64,000 nt of DNA from Octopus vulgaris (taxonomy: Eukaryota), in assembly GCA_951406725.2 (NCBI GenBank), contig OX597817.1, forward strand, positions 156,426,001 through 156,490,000, given 5' to 3'. The notes under the pieces are model-generated. The model saw only the letters and a list, made by a program, of their open reading frames with translations, searched no databases and was not told where the DNA came from. Every line of letters starts with the position of its first letter. Position 1 is the first letter of the stretch. The translations under genes were made by a program, and so were the position numbers. Positions 27,612 through 40,429 of this stretch are shown in pieces.

Positions 27612-28603
27612 CTGAAGCATAAATATACACCATTTAATTTCTCAAAAAATCTCCCCCCCCCCCCTCATCCCCCATCAGCATGGAATGTGAAATTTCTGTA
27701 GCCAAACATTTGGCTTATTGTGTTCCAAACAGCTGCTGATGGATAAAAACATTTTTTGTTATCAATAAGAAATGATGAGGGATGCTCTGAGTCTACCAGG
27801 TTTACATCTGCTGGATTCAAGCTAATGAACAAGCCTCTACACAGCTGTTTGTCCTGCTAGAAATAACAACATGATGACATCCTACTATCTTGGAAAAAGA
27901 AAAAAGGAAAAAAAAAACAAGAAGGGTACATTGGTTAATGTTATATTGTATAAATAAAGGCTGAGATGGTCACAGAGTAAATGCTTTTGATCATAAGACT
28001 TTTAGGTCAAGATTGAACAATATCACCAGCGTCTACTGTTGAACAAGTTCTGTTGTTAATGTACGGTGTCAAGGGAAAGTTTGGATCCTTTCCAGACATA
28101 TGCAATGTCAACATGGCCATATTTGTTACCAAACATACCATGAAAACATGTAACTATGTGGGAGTTCACAGAAGGTGAAGTAGAGGCTGCAATTCTGATA
28201 TTGCAGGACTAAGATATCAAAAGATGATTAACTGAGAGTCAAGGAGTTGTTGTCCAGTACCAGAATTTGAGTGAAAGGGTGAGTGAGAAGTTGTGATGTT
28301 AATTCTGTCTTCTCCAAGTATATTGGCAAAAGTTCTGGCCAATGAAATTTAAACTGAGTAGTTAATCACTGTGTTGCCATGAGCTGAGCATGACAAAAAA
28401 CCTTCAAGATTTTAACAGTTGGGTATGCATCACAGAAAAAAAAATCCCTTCTCCTGTACAATTGTGTATCAGAGAATTCAACTGTGCCAAAGAGCTGAAC
28501 ATGTCTAACGGAAAACCTCTGCCACTATGTGTTATATAGCTGGGCATGCCAACCTCTAAGAAAAAAAAAAGGGAGAGAAAAAAGAAATTAAACATAGAAT
28601 AAA

Positions 28604-28940
28604 GACAGCCTGGCTCAGTGGCTAGAATGTCAGACTCACAATCATGAGGTAGCGAGTTCAATTCCTGGACCAGGCTTGTGTTGTTTTCTTCAACAGGGCA
28701 CTTTATTTCATGTTGCTCCAGTTCACTCAGCTGTAGAAATGGGTTACAACATCACTGGTGCCAAGCTATAAGGGCCTTTACTATTCCCTTGGATAACATC
28801 AGTGGCATGGAGATGGGGACTGGTATGGATGGGCGATTACTAGTCTTCCACAAACAAGCTTGCTCGGACTTGTGTCTCAGAGGAGAACTTTCTAGGTGCA
28901 ATCCCATAGTGATTTGTGACCAAAGTGTGCCATTACCCTT
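28604..28940 (+). mobile_element. CORE-type SINE family D, diverged
   Basis: TGGCTCAGTGGCTAG...GAGTTCAATTCC head and TTGCTCCAGTTCACTCAGCTGTAGAAATGGG; collinear with the 18523 copy. Confidence 0.8.
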
Positions 28941-29227
28941 TATAGGTTTAATGTAGTTGCTGAACCTGCTAGAAACAGTAGTCAAATCTCCTTCAAATCG
29001 TATTACTGTCTTAAAGGCAGAACACATTAGACTATATAAACCAGCATCTACAAAGTCAGCAAAAATGATGAAATGATCATGGCTTAAACAAACAAACAAA
29101 CAAAAAAAAGCCCTTTAACTACACTTGAGCAATAATAAAAAGGAACCCTTTCTCCCTTTACTTGGAGATTTCTCCCAGATATCTCTCATCCCCATCTATT
29201 ATTGTGCCCCATCTTTATTAGTCTTTT

Positions 29228-29264
<37 letters not shown>

Positions 29265-29518
29265 TCTTCTCACTTTTTCCTCTCTCCTTCTTCTCCTGTG
29301 CCTTCCTCCCCACCTTACTCTTCAATGCATACATTACTTTCATTTAAACATACTACTGATGCTACTAATGTTGACATTTCCCCACAAAACTTCCTTTCCG
29401 CCTCCCCCCCCTTTCTCTATAACAACAACTGCCACCCTCTCCATATGGTAGGGATGACGGTGGGAGGGGTACATATGTGTATGTGAGAAGGGTAGTTAGG
29501 TTCATTCACTGAACCAAT

Positions 29519-29637
29519 CCTCCCCCCCTCTCTCTCTCTTTTTCTTTCTCCCTCTCTCTCTCTCTCTCTTTCTTTCTCCCTCTCTCTTTCTCTCTCTCTC
29601 TTTTTCTTTTTCTCTCTCTCTCTTTCTTTTTTTTCTC

Positions 29638-29668
<31 letters not shown>

Positions 29669-29741
29669 CTCTCTCTTTCTCTCTCTCTCTTTCTCTCTCT
29701 CTCTTCTCTTTTTCTTTCTTTCTCTTTCTCTCTCTCTCTCT

Positions 29742-29780
<39 letters not shown>

Positions 29781-29800
29781 TCTCTCCCTTCCACCCTCTT
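29519..29800. repeat. Long polypyrimidine (CT/CTTT)n tract
   Basis: ~280 nt almost purely C/T. Confidence 0.95.
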
Positions 29801-30182
29801 CAATTGACAGAACAGAACTACTGAAGGAACCCTTCTTTCATCCTCTGTTGATATTGACAAGCAAAATCAATGACATACCAGTTTCGTGTTGTCAGTCACT
29901 GTGAAGTCACTTGCAACCATTCATCATCATCCTCACCCACCACCACCACCCACCACCCTCCGTCTCCCCCACCCCACCCCACCCCAATCAGACTCTCACT
30001 ATCCTGACTGCCAGCCTGTTGTATCAGTCAACCAGAACTGCTGCAGTAGGTGTGACAGCAAGGCAAGGAGTCAGATGTTGTGGCGATGGAATTATTGGGT
30101 CTCCTCTTCCTTGTAGTAATGAAGGGGTTTCCTGTCAGATGATGGCTAATGGACCGGCAATGCTAGCGGCAACACCTGCAAC

Positions 30183-30197
30183 ATGTTGAAATTTGTG
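30183..30197 (+). CDS. Possible short coding end (MLKFV) of an alternative first ankyrin exon
   Basis: ATG TTG AAA TTT GTG followed by GTAACT (phase 0, compatible with the exon at 33240); in-frame TAA upstream at 30147; lies in unique sequence downstream of a long CT tract. The donor is weak and there is no homology support. Confidence 0.25.
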
Positions 30198-30387
30198 GTA
30201 ACTTACCCATCATTTTCTCTACTTTTCTACCCGGAGTAACTCCTTGGGTGAAGACGGTATTAGCTGGGGTGGCTTATAATGAAGAAGGGTTCGATTTTCA
30301 TTTAACCTACTATATTTCTGTTTGATTTCTTTTCATTGAAATAATTTCATTGCTTCAGGATTTTATCATATATATATATATATATAT

Positions 30388-30607
30388 ATACTAAGTAATT
30401 AAGGGTATAGCAACGATTTGCCTCACCACACACCGAATTTAGAAATAGCAGTCAAAAAGTTTTGGCTATTCTTTCTACTTAAAAGTGCTTTGGTTTTACT
30501 GGGATCTCCCTTTTAAGTAGAAAGAATAGCCAAAACTTTTTGACTGCTATTTCTAAATTCGGTGTGTGGTGAGGCAAATCGTTGCTAAACCCTTAATTAC
30601 TTAGTAT
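30388..30607. repeat. Near-perfect inverted repeat (98-bp arms, 24-nt spacer) inside a (TA)n-flanked insert
   Basis: Arm 30388-30485 is the reverse complement of 30510-30607 with one mismatch seen. Confidence 0.92.
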
Positions 30608-30706
30608 TACTTAAACCTTCCTTGAATGGGGCTTTTACATGCCGAACTCTACTTGGTGAAATTAATGATTATTTCTAAATTAATTAATTTCACCCTTTAT
30701 TATTGA

Positions 30707-30770
<64 letters not shown>

Positions 30771-31326
30771 TACATATATACATACATACACACATACACC
30801 CCTCATATAATTTATAATTTGTTGAGTCACCATGCCTTTTTTTTTTTAATATTTCCAGCAATGCGATTAACCAAAATAGATTTTAGCCACATATATGTAT
30901 GCATATATTTATGTGCATTTCAGTCCTAGGACTATGGTCATGCTGGAGTACCACTAGCTCCACTTTCAAGGGTTTTAGTCAGTCATATCAACCCCTGTAT
31001 ATATTTCATTCCAATATCTATTTTATTGATCTATATTTATGGAATAGTTGAGTTATCTTTTTTGACACAAGGTGTGTCTGTGTCTGTGTGTGTGTACATG
31101 TATATAATTGGCTTCTGCTTAGTCCCCATCTGTCAAATTCCATTTGCAAGTTGTTAGTCTATCTGTCCACCTACAGCTATGGTAGAATCTTGTGAATGCA
31201 AAGTGATCTTAACTACACGGACAACGCCTGTGTCCAAGACTTTTTGCTATTTCTGAGCGTTATACTAATACATCTGTTTGTTTTGTACACCACCTGTCTT
31301 CGTCTTTTGTTTTTTTCGTAAACTCT

Positions 31327-31379
<53 letters not shown>

Positions 31380-32624
31380 TGCACACACCTTCATTATCAT
31401 TATTTATTTATGGATTGCTACAGGAGTTTCAAGCTCTGATATATAAAGTGATAGTATGAGATTCAAATGTGTCCAAAATCTAAGTTAAAATACATATATG
31501 AATAAGCTCTCTCTCTTTCTCCATGTATGTGTATGTATGTTGATTACTTTCATATGTAGTGCTCAGTACAAAATAAGATCACTGGGTCTTCAAGTACAGT
31601 TTGACTGCATCTGAGGATGACCAGGTATTGTAACAATCCGAGTGCGCATTATTGGATAATGTATGTATATATGTATGTATACCAGCTGTAAGTTCTGCTA
31701 TGCCAATTACTCATTTTCATCTGATTAATTCTGATCTTCTGGATGACTGACTCAGTCATGTTAAACGACACTTTGCAGTGAATTAGTCAGATCCCCTTAT
31801 GTTGTGAGTTCAAATCTTGCTGAGGTCTACCTTGCCTTTCATCCATTCTGTATCAATGTTAATAAGTATCTCAACCACAAGTAATCCTCACTCTCAAAAT
31901 ATATTTCTCCCTAGCAAATTTGTGTCCATGTACATTTTAGGAATTCTTGCTTTATCTGTGCTTGTGTGTGTGTGTGTGTGTGTGCGCGCACGCATGTGTG
32001 TGTGTATAATTATCATTTATGTAACGTCCACTTTCCATACTTTCATACTTTGTTCAAGCAGATTTTCTACAACTAGATACCCTATGTATGTGTGTATTTA
32101 TGTATTAATTGTTTTTATGCAGGTTTTATATGAAAACAAAAATTTAACATTAAATTGAATGATCCCTCATACTTCTTAGTTGAGTACATATTAAATTTTA
32201 CAAGGAAAAGGTTGCATATTGAGAACTCTTTTATTTTCCTTGTTCACACATATTTACTAAATACACACATGTATACACATATATAACATACATGGTAAAT
32301 GTTTGTTTTATATTGTACTCTCTATTCTAAATCCCATATTGTGTTTTAATGTTAAATGCTTGTTTTCCATATGGTACCTATAGGGATAATTAAGAATAAA
32401 TATATGGTAGAATAATCAGTGTGTTGGGCAAAATTGCTTGCAATATCTAGTTTTATTGCCTTAAGTTACTGCTGCATTCATACCCTATCTAGATTATCTT
32501 TACTTTTCATCCTATGGGAGGAGGGAAGATAAAAATTGGCATCAGTCAAGTACTGGGTATGGTTTAGGGGTGGGAACCAGGACTGGTATGACTTTTGACT
32601 CTTACCTTCCCAAAGAGTTATAAT

Positions 32625-32892
32625 CTTCTGCTTATATTCTGAGTTCAAATTCCACCGGGGTCGATTTGCCTTTCATCCTTTCAGGGTCAATAAGTACCAT
32701 TGAATCACTGGGGTGGGTTCAATGATGTCAACATACCCCTTGCCCCTAAAATTGCTGGGCAAAATGCTGCTAAGCAGCATTTTGCCCATCTTTATATTCT
32801 GAGTTCAAATTTCACTGAGGTAGACTTTGCTTTTCATCTTTCTGGGCTTCCCCTTGGGCCTGCTGGCCTTGTTCCAAAATTTGAAACCATTA

Positions 32893-32936
<44 letters not shown>

Positions 32937-33170
32937 GGTGGTTAGCTGGCAGGGTCATTAGCACACTGGACAAAATGCTTACCAGTATTTCACCTGTTGC
33001 TACATTCTAAGTTCAAATTCCACCAAGGTCAACTTTGGCTTTCATCCTTTTGGCATCAATAAAATAAATACCAGTTGAACACTGGTGTTAATGTAATCAA
33101 TTCATCCCCTCCCCAAAAATTGCTGCCCTTGTGGCAAAATTTGACACCATTATTATTATTATTATTATTA
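32625..33170 (+). mobile_element. Cluster of three family B SINE copies/fragments with (ATT)n tails directly upstream of the ankyrin exon
   Basis: Repeated TTCTGAGTTCAAAT...TTTCATCCTTT cores at ~32640, 32800 and 33010. Confidence 0.75.
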
Positions 33171-33239
33171 ATGAAAGTCTTTACTGTTGTGATTTAAACC
33201 AACCGTTGTTTCATCTTATATTTTATTCTTCTCTTGCAG

Positions 33240-33341
33240 AGTGACGGCAACTCAAGCTTTTTGCGGGCAGCGCGGGATGGGAATTTGTCAGAAGTGTTGG
33301 AATACCTGAAAGGTAGCACCGATATCAATACCAGTAATTCA
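33240..33341 (+). CDS. ANK2: Ankyrin (canonical ANK2/Ank2/unc-44-like) internal exon, first ANK repeat region
   Basis: Polypyrimidine tract and TTGCAG acceptor ending 33239; 102-nt open frame [34 protein letters not shown]; GTGAGT donor at 33342. Closely resembles vertebrate ankyrin-B [34 protein letters not shown]. Phase 0/0. The symbol is a family-level assignment (invertebrate co-ortholog of ANK1/2/3). Confidence 0.96.
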
Positions 33342-33566
33342 GTGAGTACTTTCATTTTCTAATCATTTCCTAGCTTCTCTGTCTCAATCAGCTGATACTT
33401 GTGACTAATACTATAGTAGCACTTGCTATGCTGCACTGCCAGCTGTTCCTACTGCAACAGCTGCTGAGGTTGCAACTACTCTCTGCTAGTTGCATCTAGA
33501 TGGTGCAGCAGTAATGGTACTATTGCCTGTTGCAGCTGTAAAACTAGCTGTTGATGATAGTGTCTC

Positions 33567-33615
<49 letters not shown>

Positions 33616-33970
33616 CTGTATATTGAGTTTTTCAAGTATATGCATATATGCAGTGAATATTTGTGTATATATACATACGTGTTTATATGTATACTTGTAT
33701 ACATAGTGTGTGCAGGTGTATATTAATATGATTGAACAGACATGGTTAGTCACATTCAAGTAGTGCCCATTTGTCTTGTTTATCTTGGACTACATTGTTT
33801 AAGACTAGCTTCTGGATTAAGAGACATTTAGCTGCTATTTCTAGCAAGTTCGTTGACCATGCAGATGTTCTCTCATTGGTTCATGTATTAATGCACATGT
33901 ATATAGATGGATGTAGTATAGTTATTACTTTCATCTCTTCTTGATATTTTACAACTAGCTACTTTGCTTT

Positions 33971-34002
<32 letters not shown>

Positions 34003-34350
34003 GCAAATAAGAAAATGGAGGAGAACAATAGGTGGTTCATAAACTTTTAGACTTTAAATTGTGTTAACTTATTTATTTACTAAACTGATAATTACAATAA
34101 CATACATACATATAACATATTATTCTTTACATATAAGATATAAAATATAGTAATATATAAGGATACCAGTAATTATTATAAGAAACATGAATATAAATTG
34201 GTAAAATAACTTACAGCTGTTTCAGCCAATAGATAAAAATGCCTCATTCTACCTTTATTACTCAAGTGGATTGAGGTAATAGGTAGATGAACATGAGGTA
34301 CTTGTAAATATCTCTAGGCTTCGTCAGAGATTATAAAGTACAAATGTTAA

Positions 34351-34354
<4 letters not shown>
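34003..34354 (-). mobile_element. Penelope-like element terminal fragment embedded in (TA)n
   Basis: ~350-nt AT-rich insert flanked by (TA)n on both sides and carrying a minimal type I hammerhead motif, a known hallmark of PLE terminal repeats. No coding sequence seen. Confidence 0.6.
34206..34334 (-). ncRNA. Type I hammerhead ribozyme motif with extended stem II
   Basis: Minus strand: AUAAUCU-CUGACGA-AGCC-(89-nt hairpin)-GGCU-GAAAC-AGCU-GUA|AGUUAU. All core nucleotides present, GUA cleavage triplet, palindromic stem III ACAGCUGU. Confidence 0.75.
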
Positions 34355-34401
<47 letters not shown>

Positions 34402-35036
34402 TCACTCTCTCTCACACTCTCACAATTTTCAAAATACACCTCAGTTGTAAAAAATTGACTGCATTTCTCTGTCCTGTAGTCAATAGCAACTACAACTACA
34501 TAGACACACACATATATACATACAATTGCATGTTATGTTCCAGCAACTTCAGCCAGCATTGCTTAATAAATAAATCTATCCATAACCTGCATTTACTCTG
34601 AAATTGTCTTGCAGTGGACTAGACAGGAAGTAGATTAGATTTACCACCCAGAACTATTCATCAAAATGCAAATTAGGTTCTTACTGCTGTCATTGTGCTA
34701 TGCAGATCAGCATGACATCTGACTCTGCTTATTCCAGTTTTACCTGATTGAGTTTTCTTCTTTTTTCTTTCTTTTTTTTTTTTGTCTTAACTTGCAGTTG
34801 AGTAGTTGAAGGATATATGGCTTTAAAAATAATTCTTTCTAGACAAAAAAAATATCTTTTTAATGTGTTAAAAAAAGTTAATTTATTGTTTTAAAAAATA
34901 CAGTGTTAATTGAAAAAACCTTTTTTTGTGTAGTTTTTCTCTGGCTTACTTATATATTCATGCTTTCTGATCCCTCTTGAATCAACCGTATTACTAACAT
35001 AGATTTAGAGAAAAGTTTAATACCTGTAACTCTCAA

Positions 35037-35257
35037 CCCCTTCGTTACTGTATTTATTTTGAGATGCTCTGTGTTTCTTTCAATTTATTTTAAATATAAC
35101 AAAGAATTTAGTAAAATAACTTAGTTACCATTAAGCTAGTGTTAGGAACATAAATTGTGACTAAGGTTTGGTGGAAGATTTTAATTCAAAACATTTGAAA
35201 ACAAGACATTTGTACTCAGAGCCAGAGCTGGTTTCAGCCGGATTGGTATTGAAAGGG
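35037..35257 (+). mobile_element. piggyBac-like MITE, second family (G)
   Basis: CCC...GGG|TTAA ends with imperfect TIRs; interior shared with degenerate copies near 12825-13036, 18030-18235 and 41575-41760. Confidence 0.65.
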
Positions 35258-36639
35258 TTAAAGTTTGATGTTTGTCATTGTATTTTGTTGTTGCTTAACC
35301 TCAGGCCAACCCTGATTGAGCAGACTTATCAAGTGATCCAACACTGAACAACCTATTCTTTTTCTCCCCCCCCCTCCCACTTATTGTGCTTTGTTGTTAG
35401 ACATTGCAAAACTAAAATAAGAAATGAAAACCCTAGACTTCAAAGAAACCATTCATGTTCTACTTGAAATGTTGGAGCTCCCTTTCATAGAACACGCACA
35501 TATTTTAGGAGCTAGGGCTTAACAGATACTTACTCTTCTTCAGTTCAAAAGAAATATATTTAGATACTAGATTTCCTAGAAATTTTTTTGATAAATTCAT
35601 TTGCCATGAGGAGTGAAGAATCTAACACTTAGGGGCTTTTGTTAAGAGAGAAAGTGTTGTCATTTTTGGTTTCAAGGTAGTTACTAGCTTCCTTGGGTTC
35701 CAGATTTTGCCATATATTTAGTTAATATTGGAATCTGAGGAATGGCAAGTAGAGTAGAGATAGTGAGGATTCTAGTGAGTTGATCACATAACAGACATGT
35801 AATTTTTATGGGTGTTTTCTCCCTATCATTCCCCTTCGTTCATCCTCCCTGCCCTCAGTTGACAATATTGCACTATTGCTGCTGTTGTCTAGTCCCTATT
35901 CACCCCACCAATCATGAGAACATGTATCCTGACCTATTACTTATTACCATATATGACTTATTACATTATTTAACATACCCATTCCATATTTAAGATAGTA
36001 GGGTGTTATTTGGAGGAAATTTTGCTACTGTTTCTTGCAAGTTCAGCAACCACGTAAATGCTTTTTATTGTCCCCTTGGAGAAGGCACGGTCTTTTCAGT
36101 TTCCCTTATATTTAGAATTTTTGTATCAATACAGGAGATTGGAAAAAATTTTGGTATTATTTATTACCATTACACATGTTTCATTTTACATGTAGAAGAC
36201 TCAGCTACGGGTGGTGGTGCTGCTGTTATTCCCCCTATCAACCGGTCATCCACTGGGTTTGTGCCTTCAAATGATGTGGTATAAAATTACCCTTGAAAAA
36301 CAAGGAAGGGTTAGTGACAAGAAGGGCATCCAGCTGTAAAACAAACCCCTCAATAATATATTATCTTACCCATGCTGGCATGGAAAAATGGATGTAAAAT
36401 CAAATAGATAATCATATATTGAAATCTAAGCCATGATAAGTTTGTAGTCTTCTGTGTCGGTTATGATGATGGTTTGAATGGTATGTCCAGGAGCTGTTTG
36501 TCTTATATACTGGAATTCCATTGCAAAGTTTGAAAAGCTCTAGGCTTCTGCTGAACATAGAGTTACTTGTACAGTAGTGGTATAATAGTGCAATGGTATG
36601 GTAGATATAATTTAAGACGATGATGATGATTATTATATA

Positions 36640-36801
36640 GGCGCAGGAGTGGTTGTGTGGTAAGTAGCTTGTTTACCAACCACATGGTTCCGGGTTCAGT
36701 CCCACTGCGTGGCACCTTGGGCAAGTGTCTTCTACTATAGTCTCGGGCCGACCAAAGCCTTGTGAGTGGATTTGGTAGACGGAAACTGAAAGAAGCCCGT
36801 C

Positions 36802-36850
<49 letters not shown>

Positions 36851-37072
36851 TGTGTGCATGTTTGTGTGTCTGTGTTTGTCCCCCTAGCATTGCTTGACAA
36901 CCGATGCTGGTGTGTTCATGTCCCCGTTACTTAGCTGTTCGGCAAAAGAGACCGATAGAATAAGTACTGGGCTTACAAAAGAATAAGTCCCGGGGTCGAG
37001 TTGCTCGATTAAATGTGGTGCTCCAGCATGGCCGCAGTCAAATGACTGAAACAAGTAAAAGAGTAAAAGAGA
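36640..37072 (+). mobile_element. SINE family A
   Basis: Full length with internal (TA)n and (GTAAAAGA)n tail. Confidence 0.9.
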
Positions 37073-37396
37073 GTGGATCAAAAAATCTGTAGAGTCATTG
37101 CATTTGATAGATAGAATACCTCACAGTATTTGTTCTGATTCCCTACACTCAGAGTTCAGATTCCATCATGGTTAGGTTTGCATTTCATCTTTGCAGAGAG
37201 TCGGGGGTGCAGGGTCTATAAAAAAAAAAAAATACCACTTCTGAGCAGGGATTTGGTGGAAGTTTTAAGAATGTCAGACCAGATGTCTTGCAGTATTTGG
37301 TTCCGTTCTTTGCCTCCTGAGTTCAAATCCTGCCATGGGTTTACATAGGCCATGGACTTGATCTGTCACCCAGTTTAACACTACCTTCCTCTGGCG

Positions 37397-37665
37397 CAGT
37401 GGTTCTCAACAATTCTTTTTAACCCATGGGCCACTTTGATTCTTATTTCTCTCTAACCCCACCCCACCCCTAGCTATTTAATATTTTGAAAAAAAAATCC
37501 TCTTATATTTTTATGATAAAATATTATTAGGAATTGTATAAAAAGAAGATTGTTAAAATATTTTGTGTAGTGTAGAAGTTTAGCCAGTTCCTTGCACATG
37601 AGATTTTAACAACAAAACCTTATATGGACTGCCAAGGGTCATATGGACCTGGCTGAGAACCACTG
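37397..37665. mobile_element. hAT (Charlie/MER5-like) MITE
   Basis: TIRs CAGTGGTTCTCA / TGAGAACCACTG; imperfect 8-bp TSD CTCTGGCG / GTCTGGCA. Confidence 0.8.
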
Positions 37666-37870
37666 GTCTGGCATTATAAATAAATGCCTTGCAAGCACTC
37701 GGGCCATTTCTAACAGGTTGTCTAATCTTGCAGAAGATCTCTTGTTGACTTTTTATATCTTTTCGATGGTCATGACAGTGGTGATGGTAGCGATGGTATT
37801 CTTCTTCTTTCTGTTTTGGTCATTTGGCTGCGACCATGCTGGAACACTGCCTTACGGGATTTTTGTTGAA

Positions 37871-38292
37871 AGGGTGGCGAGCTGGCAGAATCGTTAGCAC
37901 GCCGGGCGAAATGCGTAGCCGTATTTCGTCTGCCGTTACATTCTGAGTTCAAATTCCGCCGAGGTCGACTTTGCCTTTCATCCTTTCGGGGTCGATAAAT
38001 TAAGTACCAGTTACGCACTGGGGGTCGATGTAATCAACTTAATCCGTTTGTCTGTCCTTGTTTGTCCCCTCTATGTTTAGCCCCCTGTGGGTAGTAAAGA
38101 AATAGCTATTTCATCTGCAGCTACGTTCTGAGTTCAAATTCCGCCAAGGTCAACTTTGCCTTTCATCCTTTCGGGGTCGATAAATTAAGTACCAGTTACG
38201 CACTGGGGGTCGATGTAATCAACTTAATCCGTTTGTCTGTCCTTGTTTGTCCTCTCTGTGTTTAGCCCCTTGTGGGTAGTAAAGAAATAAGA
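37871..38292 (+). mobile_element. SINE family B, dimer
   Basis: One head and two ~185-bp core units; 12-bp TSD ATTTTTGTTGAA. Confidence 0.9.
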
Positions 38293-39224
38293 ATTTTTGT
38301 TGAACAAACCGTGTGCATTGGTGGGTAGTGCTGGAGATTGTAGGTGGCACAGTGGGTATTACAGTGGTGATTGGTGTAGTTTGTTGGTGGTGTGGGGGTG
38401 ATAGCACATGTGGTGATGTGTGACAGTGGCGGCAGTGTCTGTTGTAGTAATTGATGATAGTGTTCTTAGGCACAAGGGTGGGTAGATGACGACAGATGTA
38501 GTGGATGGTGTGGTAGTGGTGGTATTTTAAATAGTTGGTGATGGGGATGAACGTATGTCTAACAATTACTATGGTGATGATGATGAATATATATATATTT
38601 TTTTTTCCCCACTTTTTACTTACGGTTTTTCATTTAAATTTTTAAAAAAAGGCAACAACACGAAAAGCATTAAAAAAAAAAAAAAACTTCTGAGCTTGAT
38701 GTTATTTTTGTAATTGTTGTTTTAAGACAAACAAGTGTTTTCTTCAAGACATCTTGTTTCTATGGTTAGTGGTGGGGTGGTGGTTGTAATGGTGATGGTG
38801 GTGGTGGTGGTGGTGGAGATAGTTTGTCTATTATATGTTCGCATCTCTGTAGAAATTTTGCTTCTGTGTTTTGCAGCAAATGTACTACAAGTGTGTTGCA
38901 GATGCATCCGTACTTTCTCTCTTCTTTTCTTTCTTTCTTTCCTTCCTTTATTTCTTCCTTTTTTTTCTTTCTCTTTCTCTCTCTTCCTCCCCCCCCCCTG
39001 CCATCCTACCTGCCTCTCAGTTATTACCAACAGTTGCAGCAACACAGACATACTCCTATATGCACACCCTCGCATACGCATATACAGCAAGCAGTGCCAT
39101 ACATTGCTTACCAGCGTCGTCGGTATCCGAGATCTCCATCGCAGCTACTGCCGCTACCACCACCACCACCACTGCCGCCACCATCATCAATGCTTGATCT
39201 TCTTACTAATGTCAATAGAATTAC

Positions 39225-39266
<42 letters not shown>

Positions 39267-39549
39267 CTTCTTTCTAGCCTAGCAGGTTACTGTGACTGAA
39301 TCATCGCTCAATACTGCACTGCCATACTCCGCTGCTCTACTGGCACTCAGTCTCCCACACACTCTCTCAACTACCAACCTCTCTTTCTTTCTCTCTCTCT
39401 CTCAATATATATCTACACTCACACGCACACACACACACACCTTATCCCTTCATCTCTCTCTCTCTTTCTGTTTATTGATTGTATAATGGTGATACAGTAA
39501 AGAGGTGTTCTAATGAACCTGACATGATTTAGCTCTGACTACTACACTG

Positions 39550-40150
39550 GTGTATTACCACCACCACCACTACCAGCAACACCACAACCACCTTCGCATT
39601 AAGCACAGCCACTGTATTCATTGATGTGTGCCACTACTGCACATTACACATCGCCACCACATGTTACACATTGCCACTACTGCACATTACACATTTCCAC
39701 CATGCGTTACACTCTACTACCACATATTACATACTGCCACTATGCCTTACACACTTCCACCACATGTTACTCTTTTCCACCACATGTTACTCTTTTCTAC
39801 CACGTTACTCTTTTCCACATGTTTCTCTTTTCCACCACATGTTACACACCACTACTATGCGTTACATATATCCCTCACAAACACTACTATGTTACATGTC
39901 ACCATTACACATTACACAATACCACTTCTACGCACCATCAAACTACCACTCTGCCAAATACCACCCAACTACTACGTACTATTTCTGTATCTCACTGTCA
40001 CAGACACAGACTACACCACCGCCATCAGAGCCACTGCATGAATACCACCACACTACCGGCAGTACATCACCACACTACCGGCTGTGTATTACCACCACTG
40101 CATAAATGCCACCATTCTACCGGCGGTACACCATCGCCACCATTGCACCT
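39550..40150. repeat. Degenerate C/A-rich minisatellite (CCACCACATGTTAC-like)
   Basis: Repeated CACCACATGTTAC / CACTACTGCAC units. Confidence 0.8.
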
Positions 40151-40429
40151 CTGTCAGCAACAGAACATCAATCAATATATAGGACAGACTGTTGCAGTAA
40201 ACAAGTGTTGATATGTGAGTCACACTTCTGTACACGCACACACACACACACCCAGTCCTACCATCCTCCTCTGCCGCCTCTAATGTATTGATCGGCAAAA
40301 TTACTGCAGTGATAGATGCAAGTGTAGCTTGTTCTTGTAGTGCACCTTTCTTGGTGCAGCTGGCTGTGCATTCATGCTTGAGCAAATAGCAGTTTTTGCT
40401 CTACTGCGGGAGAGACAGATGAGGTTAGC

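Noticed and set aside
29417-29860. Arg/Glu/Lys-rich ORF
   Set aside because: Translation of the (GA)n strand of a CT microsatellite.
38878-38891. Possible micro-exon TTTTGCAG|CAAATGTACTACAA|GTGTGT
   Set aside because: 14 nt would shift the frame, the donor is weak, and the two ankyrin exons join without missing residues.
39621-40211. Overlapping His/Thr-rich ORFs
   Set aside because: Degenerate minisatellite open in all three frames.
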